A DNA stretch of 64,000 nt from Candidatus Dojkabacteria bacterium (lineage in GTDB: Bacteria > Patescibacteriota > Dojkabacteria > B142 > JAFGMG01), in the NCBI GenBank assembly GCA_016927655.1, contig JAFGMG010000001.1, positions 34,818-98,817 on the forward strand, in the 5' to 3' direction. Shown here in pieces: positions 38,700-48,945 of this stretch. Both the position numbers and the translations under genes were made by a program. Positions within the stretch are counted from its first letter, which is position 1; every line of letters begins with the position of its first letter. The notes beneath the pieces were generated by a model. It saw only the letters and a program-made list of their open reading frames with translations. It did not search any database and was not told where the DNA came from.

Positions 38700-40098
38700 A
38701 CCCGCAATTGGCGGAAAAACCGAATACAAGGAGAAATATGGCTTTTCAGACCATATAAAGTATGCAAAAAAATTCCCAAAAGGCATCAATGAAGATGTGG
38801 TGAGGCAGATCTCAGCACTCAAAAATGAACCCAAATGGATGCTGGATATCAGACTGCGAGCTTACAAAGAGTTCATATCCAGGCCTATGCCAAAATGGGG
38901 AGCAGATCTCTCGCAAATTGACTTTGACAATATCCACTACTACGCCCAGGCAAGTGAAGGCGCCAAAAATGACTGGGAAGACGTTCCAGAAAAAATCAAG
39001 AGAACTTTTGATAAACTCCAAATTCCGCAAAGCGAAAGGAAATTCCTCGCAGGGACGGCCACACAATACGAATCAGAAGTGGTTTATAGCAACCTCAAAA
39101 AACAATGGTCTGATCTTGGCATAGTTTTCGAAGACACAGATACAGGATTACGAGAACATCCAGAGATTTTCAAAAAATATTTTGGAAAACTAATTCCATA
39201 CAAAGACAACAAATTCGCAGCACTCAATACTGCCGTTTGGAGTGGCGGGAGTTTCATCTACATACCAAAAGGAGTCAAGCTCGATATGCCACTACAGACA
39301 TACTTCAGGATCAATCTTGCAAATATGGGGCAGTTTGAAAGGACTTTAATAATCGCAGAAGAGAGGAGTAGTATATCCTACATAGAGGGGTGCTCGGCAC
39401 CAATGTATTCACGAGACTCACTCCACGCAGCAGTTGTGGAGATTTTTGTCCTCCCTGGTGCCAAAGTAAGATACACTACAATTCAAAACTGGTCAGACAA
39501 TGTATACAACCTTGTCACCAAACGGGCAGCAGCCTACAAAGACTCCAGAATGGAATGGATCGATTGCAATCTAGGCTCAAAAGTCACCATGAAATATCCT
39601 GCCGTCTGGCTCAAAGGTGCAGGCGCACATGGCGAAGTGCTCTCAATTGCATACGCCGACAAAGGACAAGTACTAGACGCAGGGGCAAAAATAGTTCACC
39701 ATGCGCCGCACACATCAAGCTTGATCAATTCCAAATCAATCTGCCTAAATGGAGGAAGAACAAGCTACAGAGGGCTTCTCAAAGCCACAGAAAAAGCAGC
39801 CAATTCTAAATCAAAAGTAATTTGTGACGCATTGATCTTCGATGATCAATCCAGAACAGATACATATCCAACAAACGAAATCGACAATCCATCATTCTCG
39901 CTCGAGCACGAGGCAAGCGTGAGCAAAGTTTCCACCGAGCAACTAGAATATTTAATGAGTAGAGGTTTGAGCGAAGAAGATGCATCAGCACTCATCGTTT
40001 CAGGCTTTCTAGAGCCAGTTGCCAAAGAACTACCAATTGAATATGCAGTTGAACTCAATGCTTTGATTAATATGAGCATGGAGGATAGCGTTGGTTAA
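38683..40098 (+). CDS. sufB: Fe-S assembly scaffold SufB
   Basis: AQYESE-like [42 protein letters not shown]. Confidence 0.96.
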   Translation: MASKNKPAIGGKTEYKEKYGFSDHIKYAKKFPKGINEDVVRQISALKNEPKWMLDIRLRAYKEFISRPMPKWGADLSQIDFDNIHYYAQASEGAKNDWEDVPEKIKRTFDKLQIPQSERKFLAGTATQYESEVVYSNLKKQWSDLGIVFEDTDTGLREHPEIFKKYFGKLIPYKDNKFAALNTAVWSGGSFIYIPKGVKLDMPLQTYFRINLANMGQFERTLIIAEERSSISYIEGCSAPMYSRDSLHAAVVEIFVLPGAKVRYTTIQNWSDNVYNLVTKRAAAYKDSRMEWIDCNLGSKVTMKYPAVWLKGAGAHGEVLSIAYADKGQVLDAGAKIVHHAPHTSSLINSKSICLNGGRTSYRGLLKATEKAANSKSKVICDALIFDDQSRTDTYPTNEIDNPSFSLEHEASVSKVSTEQLEYLMSRGLSEEDASALIVSGFLEPVAKELPIEYAVELNALINMSMEDSVG

Positions 40099-40555
40099 TT
40101 TGAAATTTAGTAAACAAATGCAAAAACTAGAAAAACTAAAAAATGAAATACTTATCGATACAACTGGGCAAACCAAGGCATATTTCCATGGGACTAGAGA
40201 TGACCAATTCAAAGGGAAGTTGGTTTTCGAAGTAAAAACTCCAAATATCAAGCATGAGGTGATTATCAAAGCAGTTCTGGAAGGCAGTTCAGAGCTAGAT
40301 CTCGAAGCAATTCTCAAAGTTCCAAAAGGTGCCAAAAATACAGACACTTATCTCAAACTCGAATGCCTACTACTTTCAGATAAAGCTAAAGCACGGGTGA
40401 TCCCCAGTCTGGAAATCATGGAAGATGCGGTCAAATCCGGCCATGGAGCGACGGTCAGTTCGGTCAATAAAGAACACATGGACTATTTAATGAGTCGGGG
40501 CCTAAGCAAAGACAATGCCAAAAAGATTATTATTGAAGGATTTTTAGATTTTTAG
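40091..40555 (+). CDS. sufD: Short SufD/SufBD-family protein (C-terminal domain only)
   Basis: LLLSDKA...[14 protein letters not shown]...YLMSRGL..A..IIIEGF; only ~150 aa. Confidence 0.7.
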   Translation: MVNLKFSKQMQKLEKLKNEILIDTTGQTKAYFHGTRDDQFKGKLVFEVKTPNIKHEVIIKAVLEGSSELDLEAILKVPKGAKNTDTYLKLECLLLSDKAKARVIPSLEIMEDAVKSGHGATVSSVNKEHMDYLMSRGLSKDNAKKIIIEGFLDF

Positions 40556-43326
40556 TTCGGTGTGGGAGTAAATTTAACATCACTTCCCCCTCCATTTTGC
40601 ACTCTGATGAAATATCCGCTCCTTTCGAAGATGTTGTAGTCATTTCCATAGAGAGTGCTGTCTTCATATACTATGCTTGTGTAGAGTCCTCCTTCATACT
40701 TACTTACTACATCTGCTTCTATTCCTGCTTCATTCATATCTCTTACTAGCTCCTCTGCTGTGTAAGGGGCTTCATTTGTATATACTCCTACCAGATTCCA
40801 TCCGTTTCTGACTCTAAATGGTATTGGTTCATCAAATTTGTTTCCTTTGATCTTCGCTTCTACTGGTGTGTAGTTTAGTACAAAGTAGCTTTGTCCTGGG
40901 ACTATGTTGTAGTCATTTGAGAACTCCTGCTCATTTTCTCTCTTGGTATACATCTCAAAGCCACTGTCTGTGTATTTGGCGATATGCTTGATATCTGCTC
41001 CTTGGTTATTGAAGTGATCTAGGAGTTCACTTGCTGTACTTATTCCATCACTGCTAATGAGCGGCATTGTTATCAGGTTCCAGCCTGCGCTTAGATTGTA
41101 TGTTGCTACTTCACTGTCTTTCTTCAAGCTTAGTGATGTGTAGTCATCCAGCACTGGTTCATCTTTGTCTTTCTTCCCATTTCCGTTTGTATCGATGAAT
41201 AACCTGATCTCTGCTCTATCAGCTCCATCTAGATTCACTGCAAATTCACTTACTGGCTGTTCGAAGTTATCCCCGTAGTACACTACATAGTCTCCTGATT
41301 CGGTCGTTACTAACTTGTCTGTTGCTGCTGTAATTGGGCTCATCAGAGTTCCCGGAAGATCGCTTTCTCCTAATACCTTCTCCCTTCCTGACTCATCGAC
41401 TGCGAAACGCGATGTACCTGCCCTGATAGCAGTACAGGCTGTTTGAAATTCTGGATGTGTACCGATGATACAGGGGTATCCACCATAATCTCCAATTTCT
41501 AATGCATAAGTAGGGTAGACAGCCAAAATTTCAGACAATGTAGCTTCTGGCGAAATACACTGTCTATTATTTCCGGCAGTTGTTTTACGAAATACCGAGC
41601 CATTGTTCTCCGGACTACAATATAAACACCCTACTGGATAATTTAAACCTTGAAAAATACACGTTTCGTCGTCTACATTTCCATTATCTACAACCTCATC
41701 AGCTCTACAACGAATCATCCCATACTCTTCATTAATATAATCAGCAAGGTAGTTTAAAACTCCATCATAATTAACCCTGATAACCTTTGATGGGCTAATT
41801 GTACAACCATTATTACCATCCGAGATCACGTTAACCGTGACCTCCCACACATTATCTCCTACTCCTGTTGGAGTATCCGGGTCGAAATATTCGCATCCTG
41901 GTTTATAATCATATTCAATTCCAAGTCCTGGATGATCATAAGTGCAAACACCACTACCCTCTGCAAGAACAATATTAGCAACACCGGAGAGAGTCAAAGT
42001 CGGTGTGTTACCTACAGTCTCAGCTCCGTTAATAATAGCTGTATTGTTTCCCGCTGGAGCACCAACAGCACCGGTGGCAGCAGGGGCACCCCCGGCTTCC
42101 TGTCCTGCATATTTCCTCAATATCCCGCTTGCTTCTGCTGATACCTGCCCGCCAGTCGGGATACACCGGTCACAATATGATGCTGCTGTCCAGGGACAAC
42201 TCGAATCCTGCAAGCCACAAGGATTCTGGCTATTTACCTTGTGACATTTTCTGCTCCCTAAGTTCCCATCTGCATTACAAGGTTCATCATATGAATGATC
42301 ACAGGATTTTACTTCTCCCCCTTCACAAGTGGCAGCAGTTGGGGGATTGGAACTCCCATTCACCTGCACCCATTCACCACTCTCGCAAACATAAGTCCCA
42401 AAAGGCTTTGTAGTATCAGCATTATTTACCGCAAGAAAGCCATTCCCATAACACGCACCACCAGCCTCACAGGCACTTGCACCGCAGCCATCGGCTGTAG
42501 ACGCAAAAACCTTGCCGATAAGACCAGTACTCGAAGCAGAACCTTCTTCAACTACATCATCTCCTAGATAAATCACAGGTAATGGTTTGTACTCAACCAA
42601 TGTATAACTTGTAGAATCAGACATTTCGTCAGTTAATACATCGATTTTAATCAGGGTTGTGTCTAATTTCTGAAAAGTATTTCCGCTCACATCCCTAATA
42701 TTGGCTAAATCTGCTGCCCAGCTATGAGTTTCACTAATGACTGTAGAATATAGCTGACTTTTTATTTCAAAATCTCCCCGATTCACAAGATAGAAATAAA
42801 CAATCCCATCATTTGGCGGCTCTTTGGTAAGGTCTGAGGACAAAACACTTCCATAAACTGGATCTGGAGTAACTAAATCTTCATTAACCGACAGCGTTGT
42901 AATCCCAGGCAGGGCCACTCCATTCTCATCTTTGTCTACATTCAATAACCGGCCGACCACACTCACCTCATATTCTTTTTCCGGTTCCAGTCCTCTGATA
43001 CTTATATGATGAGTATTACGTTTCTGCGCACCAACGGGTTTCAGATCATACTCTCCAGTTGCGACATTTTGCTCAATATCCCGGTCATCATAAAATACTT
43101 CATCCATCCACATCCCGCCAACCTCGCGAATTCTTACTTTCGCTACTAGCTTTTCTTCAGAATACCAGCTGAAAGCAGCTCCGGAATCCGTTACATTTGA
43201 AACGATGGGATTTTCAATCCTGATATTTTGGTCTTTATAAATTGCAAACCCAAACAAAATTGCAAAAATAGCAATAATGCCTGCAGCAAAAAGTCCAATT
43301 ATAAGAGATGTCGTCTTCTTTTGCAT
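40552..43326 (-). CDS. Large modular surface protein B, paralog of 34518..37871
   Basis: Shared FYDDRD(V/I)EQ, GLEPEKEYEV, TPDP.YG and C-terminal GIEADVVSKYEGGLYTS...YFIRVQNGGGSDVKFTP; unrelated Cys-rich middle. Confidence 0.75.
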   Translation of the reverse strand: MQKKTTSLIIGLFAAGIIAIFAILFGFAIYKDQNIRIENPIVSNVTDSGAAFSWYSEEKLVAKVRIREVGGMWMDEVFYDDRDIEQNVATGEYDLKPVGAQKRNTHHISIRGLEPEKEYEVSVVGRLLNVDKDENGVALPGITTLSVNEDLVTPDPVYGSVLSSDLTKEPPNDGIVYFYLVNRGDFEIKSQLYSTVISETHSWAADLANIRDVSGNTFQKLDTTLIKIDVLTDEMSDSTSYTLVEYKPLPVIYLGDDVVEEGSASSTGLIGKVFASTADGCGASACEAGGACYGNGFLAVNNADTTKPFGTYVCESGEWVQVNGSSNPPTAATCEGGEVKSCDHSYDEPCNADGNLGSRKCHKVNSQNPCGLQDSSCPWTAASYCDRCIPTGGQVSAEASGILRKYAGQEAGGAPAATGAVGAPAGNNTAIINGAETVGNTPTLTLSGVANIVLAEGSGVCTYDHPGLGIEYDYKPGCEYFDPDTPTGVGDNVWEVTVNVISDGNNGCTISPSKVIRVNYDGVLNYLADYINEEYGMIRCRADEVVDNGNVDDETCIFQGLNYPVGCLYCSPENNGSVFRKTTAGNNRQCISPEATLSEILAVYPTYALEIGDYGGYPCIIGTHPEFQTACTAIRAGTSRFAVDESGREKVLGESDLPGTLMSPITAATDKLVTTESGDYVVYYGDNFEQPVSEFAVNLDGADRAEIRLFIDTNGNGKKDKDEPVLDDYTSLSLKKDSEVATYNLSAGWNLITMPLISSDGISTASELLDHFNNQGADIKHIAKYTDSGFEMYTKRENEQEFSNDYNIVPGQSYFVLNYTPVEAKIKGNKFDEPIPFRVRNGWNLVGVYTNEAPYTAEELVRDMNEAGIEADVVSKYEGGLYTSIVYEDSTLYGNDYNIFERSGYFIRVQNGGGSDVKFTPTPN

Positions 43327-43416
43327 CAGAATTTATAAATGAGAATCAGGTATTTACAAAATAGCCAAAAACACAGTCAAAGTCAACAAATACAGAATAA
43401 ATGATATAATAATTTC

Positions 43417-44598
43417 ATGGAAATCAAGAATATAAAAAAGCACTTCCCAATCCTCAGCCAAAATCCAGATTTTACATATCTGGACAATGCTGCAACTACC
43501 CAGAAAACCAAAAAAGTCATCAAATCAATCAGCAGATTCTACCGCCAGCACAATGCAAATGTGCACAGAGGTATTTATGAGCTGAGCGAAAAAGCAACTG
43601 AGAAATACGAAGAGGTGAGAAAAACTGCAGCGAAATTTATCGGGGCAAAGGAAAAAGAAATAGTTTTCACATCAGGAACGACAGATTCGTTCAACCTATT
43701 GGCAAGGAGTTTGGGCAAAACTCCAGAGATTGTGAAGAAAAACCCCAAAATTCTAATCACTGAAATCGAGCACCATGCAAACTATCTGCCCTGGCGGGAA
43801 ATCAGCGATGATATTCACTTTGCCAGGCAGAAAGAAGATTTTACGATTGAATGGCCTGAAGGTGACTTTGACATAGTCTCAATCACTCATGCAAGCAACG
43901 TAACCGGCCTTATGCCAGATGCAAAAGAAGTCAGAAAGAAATATCCGAAAGCACTATTTATACTCGATGCAGCACAATCAATTGCGCACAAAAAAATAGA
44001 CGTCAAAAATCTGGATGTTGATTTTCTGGCATTTTCAAGTCACAAAATGTACGGGCCGACCGGTATTGGAGTTTTGTATGGGAAACAAGAACTGCTGGAA
44101 AAACTATACCCTCTCAAAGTCGGCGGCGGTATGATAGCAGAAGTCACAAAGAAAAGCGCCAAATGGGCGGAGCTTCCTGAAAGACATGAAGCTGGAACGC
44201 CACCAATCGCGCAGGCAATAGGCCTTCAAGCAGCAATAGAATTCCTGGAAAAAATCGGCATGGAAAAAATTGAAGAATATGAGAAAGAACTTCGCAAATA
44301 CGCTTTTGAAGAATTGTCCAAGATCAAAGGCCTGAAACTTTTCCACCCAAATTTAGAAATTGATGCCGGGACCGTGTTTAGTTTTCAGCTTGAGGGGATT
44401 CATCCTCATGATATCGCAGAGATGCTAAGCGAAAGAAATATTGCGGTTCGAGCCGGCCATCATTGCTGCCAGATTCTGCACCGGGAAGTATTGAAAATCC
44501 CCGCGTCAACCCGGGCAAGCTTTGCCGTTTATAATACAAAAGACGATGTTGATAAGCTTGCCAAAAGATTAAATGAAATTGTAAAAATATTTACGTGA
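43417..44598 (+). CDS. sufS: Cysteine desulfurase SufS
   Basis: YLDNAATTQK, EHHAN, SSHKMYGPTG, EAGTP, VRAGHHC. Confidence 0.95.
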   Translation: MEIKNIKKHFPILSQNPDFTYLDNAATTQKTKKVIKSISRFYRQHNANVHRGIYELSEKATEKYEEVRKTAAKFIGAKEKEIVFTSGTTDSFNLLARSLGKTPEIVKKNPKILITEIEHHANYLPWREISDDIHFARQKEDFTIEWPEGDFDIVSITHASNVTGLMPDAKEVRKKYPKALFILDAAQSIAHKKIDVKNLDVDFLAFSSHKMYGPTGIGVLYGKQELLEKLYPLKVGGGMIAEVTKKSAKWAELPERHEAGTPPIAQAIGLQAAIEFLEKIGMEKIEEYEKELRKYAFEELSKIKGLKLFHPNLEIDAGTVFSFQLEGIHPHDIAEMLSERNIAVRAGHHCCQILHREVLKIPASTRASFAVYNTKDDVDKLAKRLNEIVKIFT

Positions 44599-44957
44599 AT
44601 GACCAGATCAGCCGTCAAAATCTAATTGATCACTACAAAAACCCCCGAAATGTCGGGGTACTTAAAAAAGCCACAAATACAGTTGAGTGCTCAAATGTAA
44701 CTTGCGGGGATGAGGTTAAAGTAAGCCTCCTTATAAAAGCCGGGAAAATCGAAGAGATCAGACATGAAAGTGCAGGATGTGTGATGAGCGTCGCAGGCAT
44801 TTCAATACTTAGCGAAGAACTGATCGGCATGGAAGTTGAAAAGGTTAAAAAATTAGATAAAGATGCACTCCAGGAAATCCTCGGAATAGAAATCACTCCT
44901 TCCAGGCTTAAATGCGCTATGCTTGGACTGGAAGCAATAAAGAAAGCGCTTAATTGA
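44595..44957 (+). CDS. sufU: SufU/NifU-type Fe-S protein
   Basis: DHYKNPRN, TCGDEV, GCVMS, RLKCAML. Confidence 0.9.
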   Translation: MNDQISRQNLIDHYKNPRNVGVLKKATNTVECSNVTCGDEVKVSLLIKAGKIEEIRHESAGCVMSVAGISILSEELIGMEVEKVKKLDKDALQEILGIEITPSRLKCAMLGLEAIKKALN

Positions 44958-44994
44958 TTGAACGAGCTTAGCACTCTATGCTATACTTTGACAG

Positions 44995-45390
44995 ATGAGA
45001 AACATTTCAGACACAACTAAAAGACAATCAGACCTTAAAAAACAGGAGCTTAAAGACCAGGCCCTAAAAGAGGCCCGTGCAGTTGCTCCAAAATACTGCG
45101 AGAAATGCGGCACACAGTACAAAGATGAGAATTTCAATCTTGTTAAAAAAGAACAGAATCAAGCGGTGTTCCACCTTAAATGCCCAAACTGTAACAATAC
45201 GTACATGCTCAATGTCGTTGCTCCGGCCCCTCATATGATGGCCAGCCAGCGAAGCAGTATAAATATTGATGTAAATTCTCCTGAAGAATTGTCTAAATTT
45301 GCCGGCAAAGGCTCAGTGACAAGAGACGAAGTAATCGATATCTATCAGAAATTAAAATCCGGTGATATCGAGGAGTTCCTGCGAAGCTAA
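44995..45390 (+). CDS. Hypothetical Zn-ribbon protein
   Basis: CEKC...CPNC. Confidence 0.65.
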   Translation: MRNISDTTKRQSDLKKQELKDQALKEARAVAPKYCEKCGTQYKDENFNLVKKEQNQAVFHLKCPNCNNTYMLNVVAPAPHMMASQRSSINIDVNSPEELSKFAGKGSVTRDEVIDIYQKLKSGDIEEFLRS

Positions 45391-46466
45391 ACAAGATTTA
45401 TTTTTTTTAAGAAACTCCCAGTAAATAATTCTTTCTGCGAACTTGTTATAAATATCTGGTTATTGAGCTTCAGCAGAGAATTTTCAATATTCACCCTGTG
45501 TTTTTCATCAAGTTCAGAAAAAATATCGTCAAAAAGTAAAACCGGAGAAACTGAGAAGTCTTTATTGAAAAGCGAGTTTAGAGCAAAAAGAAGAATAATT
45601 CCGGCAATTCTCTGCTGACCTCTCGATCCTGCAGTCCGAAGTAAATTACCGTTTAAAAGGAATTCATAATCATCTCTATGTGGCCCATAAAGACCCATTC
45701 CAGCTTGGATTTCCTTCATTCTGCCGGAAGCAAGCTTCTCTTTCATTCTCAAAACCTGGTTTTCAACCACCTTGGAACTATAATTGATTCGCAGATCAAA
45801 GCCATTTTTATACAATTCTTTTGAGGCTAAATAAATGTATTCTTCTAAATCAGCAAGTAACTTCAATCTTTTTGTTAGGATCTCTTCGCCAAGGTTTACA
45901 AATCTGGTATCCCAATAATCCAGCTGCATTTCACTTTCTCTTCCTTCGCTGATTCTTGCTAAAAGCTTATTTCTGCTTTTCAGAACGAATCTGTATTCTT
46001 TGAGAATCTTGTCGTAATCTGCGTCAAATTCAGAAATATAACGGTCAAATTGGTTCCTTCTGATGTCAGGCGTTGAGCTGACTATATCCGCATTGTGCGG
46101 TGAATACATAAACGTCGCAAGCTGGCTTCTAAATTTTTTGGGAGTTGTATTTGCCCCACTGATTTTAACTGTTTTTTTTGCTCTAGAATTACCTGGATCG
46201 GAACTGATTATAACTTCAAGCTCCACAGGCTTGTCTAAAAGACATTTCGCATGAATTTTGAAATAGTCGTCCCCACTTTCCCAATTTTTCATCTCGCTAT
46301 CACCTAGCCCTCTAAATGATTTGAGTGAAGAAAGGTAGTCTATTGCTTCAAGCAGATTGGTTTTGCCCCATCCATTTGGATAAATCAGGATATTGATTCC
46401 ATTTTGGAAATTGAACCCGGTATTAAGATTCTTATAATTTTTAAGCTTCAGCTCTTTTAATATCAT
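45387..46466 (-). CDS. recF: DNA replication/repair protein RecF
   Basis: NGWGKTNLLEAI, KSFR, GPHRDD, GSRGQQR, LLFDDIFSELD. Confidence 0.93.
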   Translation of the reverse strand: MILKELKLKNYKNLNTGFNFQNGINILIYPNGWGKTNLLEAIDYLSSLKSFRGLGDSEMKNWESGDDYFKIHAKCLLDKPVELEVIISSDPGNSRAKKTVKISGANTTPKKFRSQLATFMYSPHNADIVSSTPDIRRNQFDRYISEFDADYDKILKEYRFVLKSRNKLLARISEGRESEMQLDYWDTRFVNLGEEILTKRLKLLADLEEYIYLASKELYKNGFDLRINYSSKVVENQVLRMKEKLASGRMKEIQAGMGLYGPHRDDYEFLLNGNLLRTAGSRGQQRIAGIILLFALNSLFNKDFSVSPVLLFDDIFSELDEKHRVNIENSLLKLNNQIFITSSQKELFTGSFLKKINLV

Positions 46467-46473
46467 GCAGATA

Positions 46474-47496
46474 TTATACAGATTTCACCTGGTCTTTGAT
46501 GAGCTTGACTGCTTTTTGCTGAATAATCACTGAGGCAATGAAGTTCCGCCCTTGTTCAGTATCGTATTGAGCCTTGAGCTTTGGGTCCTGGATTACAGCA
46601 AGTTCTGCGTCAACATCTTCTTTGTTCACTTTTATTTCATTCTTTTTTGCAACTTCTATTAGAAGAATTTCTCTGCCAATTCTTTTTTCCGCCTCTTCTT
46701 TCCAGTCTTTCTTGAGATCTTCAAGATTGACCTTTTTTGTCTTTAAAAATGTTTCATATTCAAGTCCAAGCTCTTCAATTCTTTTTTTGTATCCCTCTTC
46801 TCTGGCTTTCATTTCTTTTTCGACCAGAATTTCCGGGATCTTGATTCCAGCCTTTTTAACTGCTTCATCTATGAGTTCCGCAGCGTATTTATCCTCTGCC
46901 ATATGTTCTTTCTGGTGTTTTAGCTGTTCTTCAATCACTTTTTTCAAGCCTTTTACATCTTCTACTCCGTCAATTTTTAGATTTTTTGCCCATTCATCAC
47001 TTGGTTTATTCTTTTTATCTTCTTGCTTAGCTTTTTCCTTGCCCTGTTTCAACATATCTTCCAGAACTGCATCGACTTCTTTGGCAGTGACTTCCGCTTT
47101 CTCCTTCCTAACTTTCAATTTTGAGAAATCCGGGAGTTTGACTTCCCCGATCCCTTCAAATTCAAAATGATACTGCAGTCCGTCATCTTCTGAAACTTTT
47201 TCCAGGTGGTATTCAAGCTGACCTACTGGATTGAGCTTTTCTTTTCTGACAATTTCTAGTGCTACGGATGGGAAAAGTGCATTTATTGCTTCTTCATAAA
47301 TGCTTGCTCCCAGTTTTGCTTCAACCACATTTTTTGGAGCTTTGCCTGGACGGAAACCTTTGACCTCGACAGTCTTGCTGAGTTTGTTGTATGCCTTTTC
47401 TTTCTGCTCCGCGAAAAATTCCTTTTTTATTTTTACAGATATTTTGTATTTAGTATCGGTCAAATTTTCTATTTCGTATGTGTAATTGTCACTCAT
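46474..47496 (-). CDS. tig: Trigger factor lacking the FKBP PPIase domain
   Basis: GFRPGKAP ribosome-binding loop plus C-terminal domain; only 340 aa. Confidence 0.88.
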   Translation of the reverse strand: MSDNYTYEIENLTDTKYKISVKIKKEFFAEQKEKAYNKLSKTVEVKGFRPGKAPKNVVEAKLGASIYEEAINALFPSVALEIVRKEKLNPVGQLEYHLEKVSEDDGLQYHFEFEGIGEVKLPDFSKLKVRKEKAEVTAKEVDAVLEDMLKQGKEKAKQEDKKNKPSDEWAKNLKIDGVEDVKGLKKVIEEQLKHQKEHMAEDKYAAELIDEAVKKAGIKIPEILVEKEMKAREEGYKKRIEELGLEYETFLKTKKVNLEDLKKDWKEEAEKRIGREILLIEVAKKNEIKVNKEDVDAELAVIQDPKLKAQYDTEQGRNFIASVIIQQKAVKLIKDQVKSV

Positions 47497-47650
47497 TTGT
47501 AGTGTTTTAAATGTTAAATAGGCTGATTTAATTATAACATAAGAAACCTCTTGACTTTTCAGTTTTGCTTAGGTAATAATTGTCTGACAGAAATTGCGGA
47601 GAATGGCTGGCAGCAGGAGGTTCTCCAACTTTAATCATTAAGAAATTTAA

Positions 47651-47845
47651 ATGAGCGACCAGGACGATAATACCAATGCGGTTCAGGAAGACTTTGGCGA
47701 TTTAAATGAAGCACCTTTCGTCGATGAAGAAAATATCGGCTTTGCTGAACTGGAAAGTGAGGATGATCCAGAGATTGACCCCGTACATGAAGACGAGGAC
47801 GACGATGGGCTTAGTGATTTTGAATTACCTGACGAGGAGGAGTAA
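47651..47845 (+). CDS. Small highly acidic hypothetical protein
   Basis: 64 aa, 29 D/E and no K/R; TTGACT plus TAATAAT promoter-like element at 47551-47580. Confidence 0.6.
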   Translation: MSDQDDNTNAVQEDFGDLNEAPFVDEENIGFAELESEDDPEIDPVHEDEDDDGLSDFELPDEEE

Positions 47846-48898
47846 TTTTTCGACTTCCTTTGGACTATTTACCCTTACAAGTTTAGCTCTCAGCTCCCTG
47901 GCTCCGTCAATTCCTTTGATATAATCAGCTAGAATTCTGCGCATCTGAACGAAAGCCTTGGGATCTTTCAATTTGTAGTGAAATTGCGCGTGTTCGATCA
48001 TCACATCAAATAGCTTTTTCCCCTCGGGTTTTGGAGCTGAACTGAACACCCATGGATTGCCGACTGCAGCCCTGCCGATCATAACTCCATCGACGGAGTA
48101 TTTCTCTGCGTACTTTGCCCCCATTTCACGGGTTTGGATATCCCCATTCCCAATGACAATTGTCTGCGGGCTGATTTGTTTGATCAATTTCGCTGCTGCC
48201 TCGATTTGATCCCAGTCTGCTTTGCCGCGATATGCCTGACGAAGCGTTCTGCCATGAATAGAGACAGCATCCAGATTCATCTTTGCCAGAGCAGTAAACC
48301 AGTTTTTGATATCCGGGGAATCGTAGCCTATCCGGGTTTTGACTGAAACTGGGATTTGTGTGCGGACTGGATTTTTGGCCTTTGCTTCAAGCAATTTCTT
48401 TTGGATTCTTCCTTTTTTGGCTTCTTTTGGGAAATTGTCCCAGCTGATTCCGTTTTCCACCCAATCATCAATTCCCGATTTCACTGCGTGGACAATCTTG
48501 CCTGCAACATCTGGAGTTTTTATAAGTCCTGCGCCTGCACCTCTCTGCTCAATTTTTCTGGCAGGACATCCCATATTGATATCGATTCCATCGAAGCCAA
48601 GTTCTGCTGTTATCTGCGCGCAGAAGTAGAAAAGCTCGGGCTCATGACCGTAGAGCTGCGCGATGATTGGATGCTCGCTCTCCTCGTATCGCAAATCCTC
48701 GAATGCTTTCTTAATGCCGCGGATCAAAGCCTCCACCGGTACGAATTCAGTTACTAGAAGGTCCGGATTGCCGTATTTATTTGTAATCAGTCTGAATGGC
48801 AGATCAGTTACTCCATCCATGGGAGCAAGGGCAAAAAATGGCCTTGGCAGCTCCATCCAGAAGTTATTATTTTGTTTACTATTTTTCTCCATTGACAT
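47825..48898 (-). CDS. dus: tRNA-dihydrouridine synthase
   Basis: LAPMDGVTD, DINMGCP, SVKTRIG, HGRT, GNGDI, GVMIGRA. Confidence 0.93.
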   Translation of the reverse strand: MSMEKNSKQNNNFWMELPRPFFALAPMDGVTDLPFRLITNKYGNPDLLVTEFVPVEALIRGIKKAFEDLRYEESEHPIIAQLYGHEPELFYFCAQITAELGFDGIDINMGCPARKIEQRGAGAGLIKTPDVAGKIVHAVKSGIDDWVENGISWDNFPKEAKKGRIQKKLLEAKAKNPVRTQIPVSVKTRIGYDSPDIKNWFTALAKMNLDAVSIHGRTLRQAYRGKADWDQIEAAAKLIKQISPQTIVIGNGDIQTREMGAKYAEKYSVDGVMIGRAAVGNPWVFSSAPKPEGKKLFDVMIEHAQFHYKLKDPKAFVQMRRILADYIKGIDGARELRAKLVRVNSPKEVEKLLLLVR

Positions 48899-48945
48899 AC
48901 AGGAATTATAACACTAAGATTTGACAGTTTTTAGAATTAAATTAA

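Noticed and set aside
34534-40760. DGR template/variable repeat pair in the similar 3' ends of the two surface genes
   Set aside because: Both copies are coding, the differences are not confined to adenines, and no reverse transcriptase is present in the window
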